Source: Patescibacteria group bacterium
GTDB taxonomy: Bacteria > Patescibacteriota > JACPGU01
NCBI GenBank assembly: GCA_041675145.1
Contig: JBAYUK010000001.1
Location: 106,751 to 170,750 of the forward strand
DNA: 64,000 nt
Direction: 5' to 3'
The stretch's first letter is position 1; each line of letters begins with the position of its first letter. Shown here piece after piece: positions 10,154-19,014 of the stretch. Both the position numbers and the translations under genes were made by a program. The notes beneath the pieces are model-generated. The model was not told the DNA's origin. It was given only the letters and a program-made list of their open reading frames with translations, and did not search any database.

Positions 10154-10420
10154 TTATTTTGAATTCGTTTTCGCCTTAGCGATGACGCGTTGGCGGGTGG
10201 CGATTCTCTCTGGGACTGGGCACTTTATACACGCCCTTATTTCTTCAGCGCGTACCACACACTGCACACCTTTCTCGTTTGGTTCATAGTAAGCCCAGAA
10301 GGTGATGTAATCGGACTTCATTTCACCCTTCGGCATGGCGACCTTGGGGGCCTGTAGTCTCTTATTGAGATTACAGGGAACCTGCTCATCCTCACTCTTG
10401 TGTCCTGCTTGAGTCAGCAC
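10154..10420 (-). CDS. Doubtful small Cys-containing ORF (88 aa, GTG start, no SD)
   Basis: Open frame only. It lies at the edge of a GC-rich island where long ORFs occur on both strands. Confidence 0.2.
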   Translation of the reverse strand: MLTQAGHKSEDEQVPCNLNKRLQAPKVAMPKGEMKSDYITFWAYYEPNEKGVQCVVRAEEIRACIKCPVPERIATRQRVIAKAKTNSK

Positions 10421-11651
10421 AGGAAAGTTCGAAAACTAAGTGATTATTGTTTCTTGTAAGACATCTATGCGTGTGCCTCAAAAGAATGGCTATCTGCTAC
10501 CCTTTTCACTCTTCGCTACTCGGAGGTAACAGATCTCTCTACACCTTCCAGGCCTCCTCCCTTTTAGAGCAAGGAAGTAATGCGGCTCCAGTGTAGTTTT
10601 TTGATGCCACACCATCTCATGCCGGGAACGCATCCAGGGCACTTTGACTGGTCATCGGCCTGTTTAGTGGTACTCCTTTGGAATAGCACATGGGGTCAGG
10701 CTACCGTTGTCCGGGTGGATCAGGCGATGGCGGCGGGTTTGCCGCGGCCGGAGCCGGCGCCCAGGGCGTTCAGGTTTTCAGTCTTCGAATCGGTCTTTTT
10801 GGCGGCCGTGTGCGCACCATGGCAAATAGTACAAGTTCCGATGAAAGTAGAGCCTCTGCAGGCCATGATGTCCTCCTTGGGACAGTGACGAGTCCTTGGC
10901 TGGACCTCTATCACTTGTGCAAACCTTTCGTGAGTGCACAAACCTTTTGTTCATATCCTCGTTTCCTACACTAGGCAAGCTAGCACGGTTGGGACACAGA
11001 ACATTGTGATTGCGGGCGTATCTGGGTTACTCTTGCGAGACCGTCGTGTCTTTAGGTACCCTTTGGTCATTTATTTATGAATGGCTGTGCCTCCATAGGA
11101 AAATTCTCGGGGGAATCAACCCCTAAAAAACCTTATTTACGCTACTTGCTCGGATTCCTCATGGTCGTGCAGCTCTTTTTCCATATCTGGAAAAAGATCG
11201 AGACGAGTCATGCAGGATAGAGCGTTGGCAAGACCTATATAAGGTCTGTTTTATTCCCCTACCTCACAGGCGCTAGTTCATTGAGTGCCGATAACTCATA
11301 GGTCGCGGCTGAACTGCTATACGTTGTAAGGCGAAAGCGGGGGTCATTCGTTTAGTGGCGATGGGGCTCCACATCGGGACCCCGTGCCGTTGGAATTACC
11401 AGCATTCGGGTTGCTCCTTCTTTTTTTTCAGCGGCGCTGACAGTTGATGGACCGGATGTTGTGCTAGTAGCTGTAACTCAAACGCATGATTGCGCCTCCT
11501 TTCAAAGAATCTTAATATTCCTCTTTATAGAGGAGATCAAATAGGCGGGTTGTTCATGTGCGACAGGTTTTTCAACCGGATGTGTACATAATAACACAAA
11601 AGAAAGAGTGCGTCAAGTATTTTTAGTAAATACACGCTTTCTTCTGGGATA

Positions 11652-11993
11652 TTACTCTAGGCTACCCAGTATTTCTTCTACTACCTTTACTGCTTTCACT
11701 GATTCATCTATTTTAAACACGATTTTCGGGACAAAGCGCATCTCCAGCCTTCGGTTTAGCTTCTTTTGAATATCTGCAATATTCTCACGAAGTAGGGTAA
11801 GCACTGTCCCCTCTTTTCCTTCTGGAAGTACAGATATCCAGACCGTTGCATGCTCTAGTGTATCAGAGGTTGCGATTCTTTGTACAGTCACCATTACGCC
11901 AGGACCAAAAACACCCTCAGAGAGGAGTATCTGGGCAAGCTCAACACGAATAACTTCATTAACCTTTTCTATACGCATAGGGGTGTTAGACAC
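11652..11993 (-). CDS. rbfA: Ribosome-binding factor A
   Basis: 113 aa with an RbfA-like KH fold signature ('VTVQRIATSDTLEHATVWISVL'). Sits in the usual position downstream of the r-protein genes. Confidence 0.8.
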   Translation of the reverse strand: MSNTPMRIEKVNEVIRVELAQILLSEGVFGPGVMVTVQRIATSDTLEHATVWISVLPEGKEGTVLTLLRENIADIQKKLNRRLEMRFVPKIVFKIDESVKAVKVVEEILGSLE

Positions 11994-12026
11994 ACATGGA
12001 GCAGAAACTGCTCCATGTGGGGTATA

Positions 12027-12473
12027 TTAACGCTTTGAGAACTGTGGTGCCTTACGAGCACGGCGAAGACCTGGCTTCTTACGCTCTTTTTCACGAGGAT
12101 CACGAGTAAGGAATCCGTTTTTACGTAGTGGAGACTTGAGTTCTGGGTCCATAGCAACAAGTGCACGAGCAACTCCTAGTAAAATTGCATCTGCTTGAGC
12201 TACAATCCCACCACCGTTTACTCTTGCACTGACGTCAAACTTTGCCTTGAAGCCTGTTAGAGCTAAAGGAGCAGAAAGCTTACGCATAAGACCTTCTAAA
12301 CCACCGAAGAACTCCTGCTCAGCACGCTCGTTAATAACAACAGCGCCCTTACCTGGGTACAAACGAACTTTTGCCACCGCAGTCTTGCGACGACCAAGAC
12401 CGTAGAAATACGTTGCAGTAGGGTTTGCTACCGTTACCTTTTCGATTGTTTTTTTAGCAGTAGTTGTTGCCAT
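12027..12473 (-). CDS. rpsI: 30S ribosomal protein S9
   Basis: C-terminal '[14 protein letters not shown]' is diagnostic of uS9. Confidence 0.95.
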   Translation of the reverse strand: MATTTAKKTIEKVTVANPTATYFYGLGRRKTAVAKVRLYPGKGAVVINERAEQEFFGGLEGLMRKLSAPLALTGFKAKFDVSARVNGGGIVAQADAILLGVARALVAMDPELKSPLRKNGFLTRDPREKERKKPGLRRARKAPQFSKR

Positions 12474-12477
12474 GTGG

Positions 12478-12900
12478 TTATGCCTTTAGTTCGATATCGT
12501 TTTTAGTCTTCTGGTATGCGTCATCGTTTAAAATCAAAAGGTTCTTCATGAAACGTTCGCGAAGTTTATTCTTGGGAAGCATTCCGTGTACTGCGCGGCG
12601 CATAAGGTCAGATGGGTTCTTTTCCATAATCTCTTTTGCAGTTGTGCGACGAAGTCCTCCTGGATAACGCGTGTGATGAAAGTATTCCTTTGCTTCAAGT
12701 TTGTTACCAGAAAGTTGGATGTCTTTCATGTTCAAAACAATCACTGTGTTTCCTGACATTTCATGTCGTTCAAAGTTTGGATCATTTTTTCCACGCAACG
12801 CCTCTGTTGCAACAGTTGCAACACGGCCAAGGATCTTGCCACCAGCATCAATAACAAAGGTTTTTGGAGTATGTGAGATTTTCATATTATACAAATTCAA
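12478..12900 (-). CDS. rplM: 50S ribosomal protein L13
   Basis: '[26 protein letters not shown]' is a uL13 N-terminus. Confidence 0.95.
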   Translation of the reverse strand: MNLYNMKISHTPKTFVIDAGGKILGRVATVATEALRGKNDPNFERHEMSGNTVIVLNMKDIQLSGNKLEAKEYFHHTRYPGGLRRTTAKEIMEKNPSDLMRRAVHGMLPKNKLRERFMKNLLILNDDAYQKTKNDIELKA

Positions 12901-13237
12901 TTATTGCTTTGCGAGTAGCGTCTCCTGGACGAACACCAATCTTGGTAATACGCAAGTATCCGCCATTACGCTTTTCATATTTCTTACCAATATCTTCGAT
13001 CAACTTCTTTGCAAGCAGTTCGTCACCTAAGGCTGAGATAATCTGGCGACGGTTATGTAAGTCACCTTTCTTACCCTTTGTAACAAGCTTTTCAACAATA
13101 GGACGAATTTCTTTCGCTTTTGCTTCGGTAGTTGTGATTTTGTCATGCAAAATCAACGACTTCGCAAGACTCTTCAAAAGTCCTTTGCGTGCCCCGTCTT
13201 TTCGTCCCAATGTGCGTCCTGAATGCAAGTGTTTCAT
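12887..13237 (-). CDS. rplQ: 50S ribosomal protein L17
   Basis: 'MKHLHSGRTLGRKDGARKGLLKSLAKSLILHDKITTTEAKAKE' is canonical bL17. Confidence 0.95.
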   Translation of the reverse strand: MKHLHSGRTLGRKDGARKGLLKSLAKSLILHDKITTTEAKAKEIRPIVEKLVTKGKKGDLHNRRQIISALGDELLAKKLIEDIGKKYEKRNGGYLRITKIGVRPGDATRKAIIEFV

Positions 13238-13247
13238 GATCTGGTAA

Positions 13248-14168
13248 TTATTTAAGTCCTAGTTCAACTATTTTCTCAGCAATTTCTTCCTGAGCTTTTG
13301 CTCCCATACCACGCAGTGATCCAATCTCATCAGTTGAGAGAGATGAAAGCTGCTTCATGCTCTTGATATTGTTCTTCAGAAGCGCGTTAATAGTGCGGGT
13401 TGAGAAGTCTACTTCTTCAACACTCATATCTTCGTCGCGACCTGAAACACGGCTACCTTTTTTCTCGGCCATCTTAGATGGTTCGCGGTTACCTGCAAGC
13501 AAGCTAAACTGTTCAACTAAAATGTTTGCTGCATCGGTAATAGCCTGGCGAGGTGAAGTAGTGCCATCTGTTTCAACATCAAGCATAATTTTATCAAAGT
13601 TAGTTGCTTGTCCAACACGAGTGTTCTCAACTGAGTAAGAAACACGAGTAACTGGTGTGTAGAGTGCATCGATAGCAATTTCCCCGATTGGACGCTTTTC
13701 ACGGCGCTCTTCAGCTGAAACATACCCACGACCACGCTCAACTTCAATCTCCATATTCACTACGCCTTTTGGAGTAGTAATAGTGAAGAGTGGCTGTTCA
13801 GGGTTTAAAATTACTACATCAGCGTTTCCTTTGATGTCAGCAGCCGTTACTACTCCCTCACCCTTTGACTGAAGTGTTAGAGTATGACGGTCACCCTGCT
13901 TAATCTGTACCCGAACAAGCTTCAAATTAAATACAATATTTAAAATATCTTCCTTTACATGAGGTAGCGTAGAGAATTCATGAGAAACACCATCGATCTT
14001 TACAGAAGAGATAGCCGCACCAGGGAGAGATGAAAGAAGCACGCGGCGCAATGCATTCCCAATGGTCATACCGTAACCTGGATAGAGAGGCTCGATCAAA
14101 AAGCTACCAGACTTGGTCTCTTCAGTGATTGTTTTGATACTCGGTAATATAATTTCTTCGGTTTCCAT
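13248..14168 (-). CDS. rpoA: DNA-directed RNA polymerase subunit alpha
   Basis: 306 aa between rpsD and rplQ, with an N-terminal domain plus alphaCTD ('INALLKNNIKSMKQL'). Confidence 0.95.
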   Translation of the reverse strand: METEEIILPSIKTITEETKSGSFLIEPLYPGYGMTIGNALRRVLLSSLPGAAISSVKIDGVSHEFSTLPHVKEDILNIVFNLKLVRVQIKQGDRHTLTLQSKGEGVVTAADIKGNADVVILNPEQPLFTITTPKGVVNMEIEVERGRGYVSAEERREKRPIGEIAIDALYTPVTRVSYSVENTRVGQATNFDKIMLDVETDGTTSPRQAITDAANILVEQFSLLAGNREPSKMAEKKGSRVSGRDEDMSVEEVDFSTRTINALLKNNIKSMKQLSSLSTDEIGSLRGMGAKAQEEIAEKIVELGLK

Positions 14169-14207
14169 AAAATGTTTTATCCCTCCCTAAAATTAGTGGT
14201 GATATGA

Positions 14208-14828
14208 TTAACGTGAGTAGTACTCAATAATAAGTCTTTCCTCAATATTTTCTGTCATATCTTCCGATTTCGGCAATGAGGTTACTTCACCAGCTCCTGT
14301 TGTGACATTCATCTTAAGCCATGATACTGGAGTGAGCTTCTTCTGTCGCTCCCCGATCGCCTTCATGTCTGTTTCATCCATTCCGGTAACCGCAATGGTG
14401 TCACCGACACGAACCTGGTATGAAGGAATGGTCAAACGGCGTCCTTTAACGGTAATGCGACCGTGAGATACAAGCTGACGAGCAGCGGCACGAGACGGTG
14501 CAATACCAAGACGGAACACAACATTGTCCAAACGGCGTTCAACAAGTGTTAACAGAGTCTGTCCATGAGAACCAGTGTTCATCTGCTTATAATAGCTTGA
14601 GAACTGGCGCTCGAGTACTCCGTAAATTGCCTTTGCCTTTTGCTTTGCGCGAAGCTGAGTTCCGTATTCAGAGAGACGAGGCTTGCGACCATTTGCTCCA
14701 TGCTGACCTGGAATGTAAGACCTGCGAGTAAACGAACACTTTGGCGAAACACATCGTTCACCCTTGAGAAAAAGCTTCTCACCTTCACGACGACATTTTG
14801 AGCAAACTGGAGATGTAATGCGAGCCAT
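14208..14828 (-). CDS. rpsD: 30S ribosomal protein S4
   Basis: N-terminal zinc-ribbon-like 'CSKCRREGEKLFLKGERC' and an S4 domain. Confidence 0.95.
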   Translation of the reverse strand: MARITSPVCSKCRREGEKLFLKGERCVSPKCSFTRRSYIPGQHGANGRKPRLSEYGTQLRAKQKAKAIYGVLERQFSSYYKQMNTGSHGQTLLTLVERRLDNVVFRLGIAPSRAAARQLVSHGRITVKGRRLTIPSYQVRVGDTIAVTGMDETDMKAIGERQKKLTPVSWLKMNVTTGAGEVTSLPKSEDMTENIEERLIIEYYSR

Positions 14829-14843
14829 ATGATTAGATTATGA

Positions 14844-15317
14844 TTATACGCGACGAACTTTTTTACGACGGCACCCGTTGTGTGGTAATGGTGTTAAGTC
14901 TTTGATCGCAACTACATTCATACCAGATGACTGCAATGCACGAACCGCTGACTCACGACCAGAACCAATTCCTTTTACAAAGACTGAGATGTCCGACATA
15001 CCAAAGTTCTTAGCCTTAGTAGCAACAGATCCAGCGACAAGTCCTGCAACATACGGGGTACTTTTCTTTGTACCAGAGTATCCCATAGAACCCGCTGAAC
15101 CAGCAGCAAGCACATTTCCTGACAAGTCAGTAATCGAAATAATAGTGTTGTTAAAAGAAGCAGATACATAGGCATGACCGATTGGGATATGCTTTTTAAA
15201 CTTCTTCTTTTTCTTCTTGCCATCAGAAGCTTCAGTAGGCTCTACTACTTTTTCTTCCTTCTTGTCCTCGAGAGAATCGAGAAGCGCTTGGTCGTTATTT
15301 AGAATTTCGTCAGCCAT
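14844..15317 (-). CDS. rpsK: 30S ribosomal protein S11 with ~30-aa acidic/Lys-rich N-terminal extension
   Basis: Core 'GHAYVSASFNNTIISITDLSGNVL...GSGRESA' is uS11. Confidence 0.9.
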   Translation of the reverse strand: MADEILNNDQALLDSLEDKKEEKVVEPTEASDGKKKKKKFKKHIPIGHAYVSASFNNTIISITDLSGNVLAAGSAGSMGYSGTKKSTPYVAGLVAGSVATKAKNFGMSDISVFVKGIGSGRESAVRALQSSGMNVVAIKDLTPLPHNGCRRKKVRRV

Positions 15318-15321
15318 GTGA

Positions 15322-15705
15322 TTACGTCTTAGTTACTTTACGTCGTCCGCTACCCATTGTTACACGCTTTCCTCTCTTCGTACGCGCGTTGGTCTTGGTT
15401 CGCTGTCCACGAGCAGGAAGTCCTGCCTTGTGACGGCTACCACGGTAACAGTTGATTTCTTTTAACGATTTGATATGCTGTTGGATTTCTCGGCGCAAGT
15501 CTCCTTCAATCACCATAGAACGCTCGATTACATCGCGAACCTTGTTCATTTCGCGTTCTGCAATATCTTTAAGCTTCATATCAGGATCTCCTCCTGCATC
15601 AGAAACGATTTTACGAGCAGTTGTACGGCCAATACCATAGATATATGTCAGAGCGATGTCTGCTTTCTTATGGTCAGGAAGGTTGATACCAGCGATTCGG
15701 ATCAT
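15322..15705 (-). CDS. rpsM: 30S ribosomal protein S13
   Basis: 'MIRIAGINLPDHKKADIALTYIYGIG' is canonical uS13. Confidence 0.95.
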   Translation of the reverse strand: MIRIAGINLPDHKKADIALTYIYGIGRTTARKIVSDAGGDPDMKLKDIAEREMNKVRDVIERSMVIEGDLRREIQQHIKSLKEINCYRGSRHKAGLPARGQRTKTNARTKRGKRVTMGSGRRKVTKT

Positions 15706-15719
15706 ATAGGTGTATTGAA

Positions 15720-15833
15720 TTATTTTTGGCGCTGTTTATGCTTTGCAGTTTCGCAAATAACACGCACACGACCGGCACGGCGGATAACTTTACAGTTCTT
15801 GCAAATTTTCTTGACCGAAGCGCGGACTTTCAT
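15720..15833 (-). CDS. rpmJ: 50S ribosomal protein L36
   Basis: Hand-translated minus strand gives [37 protein letters not shown], 37 aa. It falls below the ORF-track size cutoff. Conserved rpsM-rpmJ-infA order. Confidence 0.85.
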   Translation of the reverse strand: MKVRASVKKICKNCKVIRRAGRVRVICETAKHKQRQK

Positions 15834-15849
15834 AAACGAAATTTAGTAT

Positions 15850-16125
15850 TTAAACGGTTGGATCAGTAGGTGGTGGAGTTGCTCCAGTTCCCTTCATGCG
15901 GTAGGTGATGCGTCCCTTCGTTAAATCGTATGGAGTCATCTCTACCGTTACTCGGTCTCCTAATAGGATTTTAATCGAGTGCATTTTCATTTTGCCAGAA
16001 AGATACGCCAGTATTTCGTGGCCGTTATCGAGTTTAACGCGAAAAAAAGCTCCCGGCAGGGTATCAACTACCTCACCGTCGACTTTGATTGTATCTTGTT
16101 TTTGATCAGACATATTGAATTGCAA
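15850..16125 (-). CDS. infA: Translation initiation factor IF-1; probable true start at the ATG at 16113, with a C-terminal extension
   Basis: S1-like '[39 protein letters not shown]'. Confidence 0.9.
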   Translation of the reverse strand: MQFNMSDQKQDTIKVDGEVVDTLPGAFFRVKLDNGHEILAYLSGKMKMHSIKILLGDRVTVEMTPYDLTKGRITYRMKGTGATPPPTDPTV

Positions 16126-16130
16126 AGTTA

Positions 16131-16159
16131 ATTCTAGCAGATAACCTGATCTGTTGCAA
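16131..16159 (-). promoter_or_regulatory. infA promoter: TTGCAA(-35)-17 nt-TAGAAT(-10) on minus strand
   Basis: Read on the minus strand: CCCTTGCAACAGATCAGGTTATCTGCTAGAAT. A near-identical copy lies upstream of tuf. Confidence 0.6.
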
Positions 16160-16168
16160 GGGAAAAAT

Positions 16169-16933
16169 TTATAGCAATGTCAGAATAACCGGACCAGTAG
16201 CAGTAATTGCCACGGTATGCTCAAAATGAGCGGCAATTGTCCCGTCTTCAGTGATCACCGTCCAGTCGTCATCTGAGTCAATAAAGACTTCGTGAGTTCC
16301 CAGCGTTACCATGGGCTCAATAGCTATTACGAGCCCTTCTTCCATCACAGGACCAGAGTTGCTTGCGCCATAGTTGGGAACATGAGGCTCCTCATGAACT
16401 GCCAGTCCTACCCCGTGACCGACATAGTCTCTGACAATACCGAACCGGTGCGGTAAGATATGGGTCTCAACTGCGTTTCCGATCACCCCAATCCTCTTTC
16501 CTGCCTCAATCTGAGCAATACCTTGCATAAGAGCCTCTTCAGTTACCTGTAAGAGCTCTTCTATTTTGGGGTCAGCCTGACCTGCCACAAAAGAAATGGC
16601 CGCATCCGTAATGAGCCCTTTATAGAGCACACCAAAGTCCAAGCTTACGAGATCCCCTTCCTGGATTACCCGCTCTCCTGGGATACCGTGAATAACCTCT
16701 TCGTTAATACTGACACAGATATGTCCTGGGAAGTCGTGATATCCGAGAAAAGCAGCAGTTGCTCCATTCTCTTCTAGAAGTTTAGTGGCGAGGTGGTCGA
16801 TCTCAATAGTTTTGAGTTCACGCTTGGAATAGGTATCCAGCACAAACTTTTTGCATTCCTGCAAAATCATAGCCAAAATCTTCCCTCCCTCTCGCATAGT
16901 CGCTATTTGTTCTGGAGTCTTTAGTGTGATCAT
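16169..16933 (-). CDS. map: Methionine aminopeptidase type I
   Basis: MetAP metal ligands and fold ('[13 protein letters not shown]', '[11 protein letters not shown]'). 254 aa. Confidence 0.95.
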   Translation of the reverse strand: MITLKTPEQIATMREGGKILAMILQECKKFVLDTYSKRELKTIEIDHLATKLLEENGATAAFLGYHDFPGHICVSINEEVIHGIPGERVIQEGDLVSLDFGVLYKGLITDAAISFVAGQADPKIEELLQVTEEALMQGIAQIEAGKRIGVIGNAVETHILPHRFGIVRDYVGHGVGLAVHEEPHVPNYGASNSGPVMEEGLVIAIEPMVTLGTHEVFIDSDDDWTVITEDGTIAAHFEHTVAITATGPVILTLL

Positions 16934-17619
16934 GAACCTTTGATAATCTTCATTAATTTATTATGGTTGGTCTTCATACTGCCACTCGCAGTAATTTCAA
17001 CGAATCTTCCTGCTTTCTGGTAGTAGTGTTTCAAAATCTTGCGTTGCAAGTCCATTACCTCGAAACGGTGCTTTATCGCTTCTGGTGTATCGTCTAGTCG
17101 AGTAACAAGATTACCGCCACAGACTGGACAGATACTGTAGGTACGGTTGCCGTTCAGTTTCTTTTTTAAGTCTTTGAGCTGGAACTGTCTCCCGCAGGCA
17201 TCACATTGCCGACGTCCTGACAACCGAGCTATGGCCTCTCTCTTGGTAATGTTAAGGCTTATCATCATGGGAAGTGCCTGACCACGACGAGCAAGCTGTG
17301 AGTCTAGAAAATAGGTCTGGTTCAAGCTTCTGGGATACCCATCAAAAAGCAATATCTTAGTAGGGTCCACCCTATCTAGTACATCAGATACTACTTTCTC
17401 AACTATCCTATCGTCAACAAAGTCCCCTGTCCTCATAGCACGACGAATCCTAAGCCCCGTGATACCAGGGCGACTAGCTCGCTCGCGAAGGATACGACCC
17501 AGTCCTATAACCTGTATTGGAAGATTAGCAGCTAGTAACCCTGCATGAGTAGTCTTACCAGCTCCTGGCATACCAAAGAGGATGAAATTGTGACGAACTT
17601 TTGTTTTTTTTGTTTGCAT
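16930..17619 (-). CDS. adk: Adenylate kinase (zinc-lid type)
   Basis: P-loop 'GMPGAGKTT' and Cys4 lid 'CDACG...CPVCG'. TGGTATAAT lies 8 nt upstream of the ATG. Confidence 0.9.
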   Translation of the reverse strand: MQTKKTKVRHNFILFGMPGAGKTTHAGLLAANLPIQVIGLGRILRERASRPGITGLRIRRAMRTGDFVDDRIVEKVVSDVLDRVDPTKILLFDGYPRSLNQTYFLDSQLARRGQALPMMISLNITKREAIARLSGRRQCDACGRQFQLKDLKKKLNGNRTYSICPVCGGNLVTRLDDTPEAIKHRFEVMDLQRKILKHYYQKAGRFVEITASGSMKTNHNKLMKIIKGS

Positions 17620-17708
17620 TTGCCCTCATTATACCAGGAATACCATCTGGTATCTAGTATTTTGATAACAAACATAAATACAGATATCAAGTATAGTTAT
17701 TGCTTTTA

Positions 17709-17737
17709 TTGACTTATCTGAGCCATTTTGTTATGAT
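17709..17737 (+). promoter_or_regulatory. Sigma70-type promoter TTGACT-17 nt-TATGAT driving the plus-strand small-gene operon
   Basis: The hexamers and spacing are seen directly. Divergent from the adk -10 element. Confidence 0.65.
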
Positions 17738-17804
17738 ATATTCATAGTTCATCCACCCTGATTTATCAGGCGCTCATTAACAAAGGATAGAATAGGACAG
17801 TTTC

Positions 17805-18137
17805 ATGCCCACTTGGATATTAGTCGCAGTAGTTGCAGTAATTACAATCTTTGGCACCATCGTTTCAGCAGTCGTGGCTGGCGTGACGGCTCTTATGATC
17901 CACCACAAAGCTTCGAATGTTATTTCAATTGCTGTCTTCATATATGGACTTCTTGTCACCGTGTACATAAGCTACGACGCGTACAAGAAACTTCAATATG
18001 AAGATCAGCGAGAAGAATACATCATCACCGTAAACGGCAAGATGTATTCTTGCACTAAGAATAAAAAAGCTGACACACTCTGGTGTGAGAGAGCCAAGAA
18101 GAAGGAAAAGCCAAAAGAGACTAAGGAGAATAAATAA
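17805..18137 (+). CDS. Small membrane protein: 2 TM plus a Lys/Glu-rich C-terminal tail (holin-like topology)
   Basis: 110 aa; first gene after the promoter. The stop overlaps the next start (ATGA). Confidence 0.55.
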   Translation: MPTWILVAVVAVITIFGTIVSAVVAGVTALMIHHKASNVISIAVFIYGLLVTVYISYDAYKKLQYEDQREEYIITVNGKMYSCTKNKKADTLWCERAKKKEKPKETKENK

Positions 18138-18334
18138 TGAGCACCATACTGACTTTCCTTCTGTTTTCTGCTTCTCTTGTCCTTGGCATGGCCATATTCA
18201 TCACTGCCATCATCAGTCTTTTTGAATATCCCTTCACAACAGAAGGGGAGCTTTCAATTCCTCAGGTGCTTCTCAGCATAGAAATAGCACTTTTCAGCCT
18301 TTCCCTGTTTGGAGTATTTGCTCTAAATAGATAG
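18137..18334 (+). CDS. Small membrane protein (2 TM, 65 aa)
   Basis: Translationally coupled to the upstream gene and hydrophobic throughout. Confidence 0.5.
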   Translation: MSTILTFLLFSASLVLGMAIFITAIISLFEYPFTTEGELSIPQVLLSIEIALFSLSLFGVFALNR

Positions 18335-18388
18335 ATTGAGTCCCAACACCAACCATGCCGGCGATACCGGAGAAATGCGAGAAGCACA

Positions 18389-18697
18389 ATGAGAAGACTT
18401 AACCTCAACTACCAACAAAGCGAGGATATGCGATACATGCTCGCAATCTTGGATGAAACAAGCGATGATTCAGTTGAAAATGTGAATCAACTCACAAAAG
18501 AACTTATAGAAGCAATTCCATTCAAGATTGAAATCGTTAAGAAGCCTTATGTTCGCTTTGAAAGAGACACAGGCAAAATAATGATTCGTCTTGAATTCAA
18601 CATCGGTAGCTACAGCCACAAAGATTTGGTTTCACAACTTGAAAAGGCTGGTTTCACAAAGTTTATACCTTTGTCTTCATGCCTTAAAACCAAGTAG
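18389..18697 (+). CDS. Hypothetical acidic soluble protein (102 aa)
   Basis: Fits the operon spacing. No known motif. Confidence 0.5.
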   Translation: MRRLNLNYQQSEDMRYMLAILDETSDDSVENVNQLTKELIEAIPFKIEIVKKPYVRFERDTGKIMIRLEFNIGSYSHKDLVSQLEKAGFTKFIPLSSCLKTK

Positions 18698-18720
18698 AGG
18701 AAAGCCAGAAAGGAAGCAAT

Positions 18721-19014
18721 ATGCTGGATTTAAAAAACATCCGACTCAACCATGGAAAGGCCGTTGACCTATCCATTCCTCTTGGGCTCGCCAATTGGTG
18801 GATAACCGAGGGTCCTAACTTCATTCGTGAAGAACTGGATGAACTTATAAGTGAAGTCACAAGCGAGTACAAGGAAACAATCCGCACGCTAGAAATGGTG
18901 CTAGATAAAATCCTGGAACTTGCTGTGGTTGACCTCAAGCTGGCAATGCACTTCTTCAAGCAACTTTTTGGTGACAGCACCAATATGGGCTGGATTCCTG
19001 GAGAAGAGTCATGA
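18721..19014 (+). CDS. Hypothetical soluble protein (97 aa)
   Basis: ORF in operon context. No known motif. Confidence 0.5.
   Translation: MLDLKNIRLNHGKAVDLSIPLGLANWWITEGPNFIREELDELISEVTSEYKETIRTLEMVLDKILELAVVDLKLAMHFFKQLFGDSTNMGWIPGEES

Noticed and set aside
10110-10160. Partial resemblance of AAAGGGTG-TACGCGC to the T-box consensus AGGGTGGNACCGCG upstream of pheST
   Set aside because: There are several mismatches. It lies about 160 nt upstream of the terminator rather than overlapping it, and no Stem I/specifier structure is evident.
10700-10860. A minus-strand reading frame in the GC-rich island ends '...AKKTDSKTENLNALGAGSGRGKPAAIA*', superficially like a tmRNA tag peptide
   Set aside because: I found no tRNA-like acceptor/T-arm (GGTTCGA..TCC), no 5' GGGG...GGATTCGAC motif and no ...ALAA-type ending. 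The frame is most likely an artefact of GC-rich sequence.
10580-10978. Four mutually overlapping ORFs on both strands (10580..10888, 10690..10974, 10720..10941, 10778..10978)
   Set aside because: These are typical artefacts of GC-rich non-coding sequence, with no SD and no recognisable protein features.
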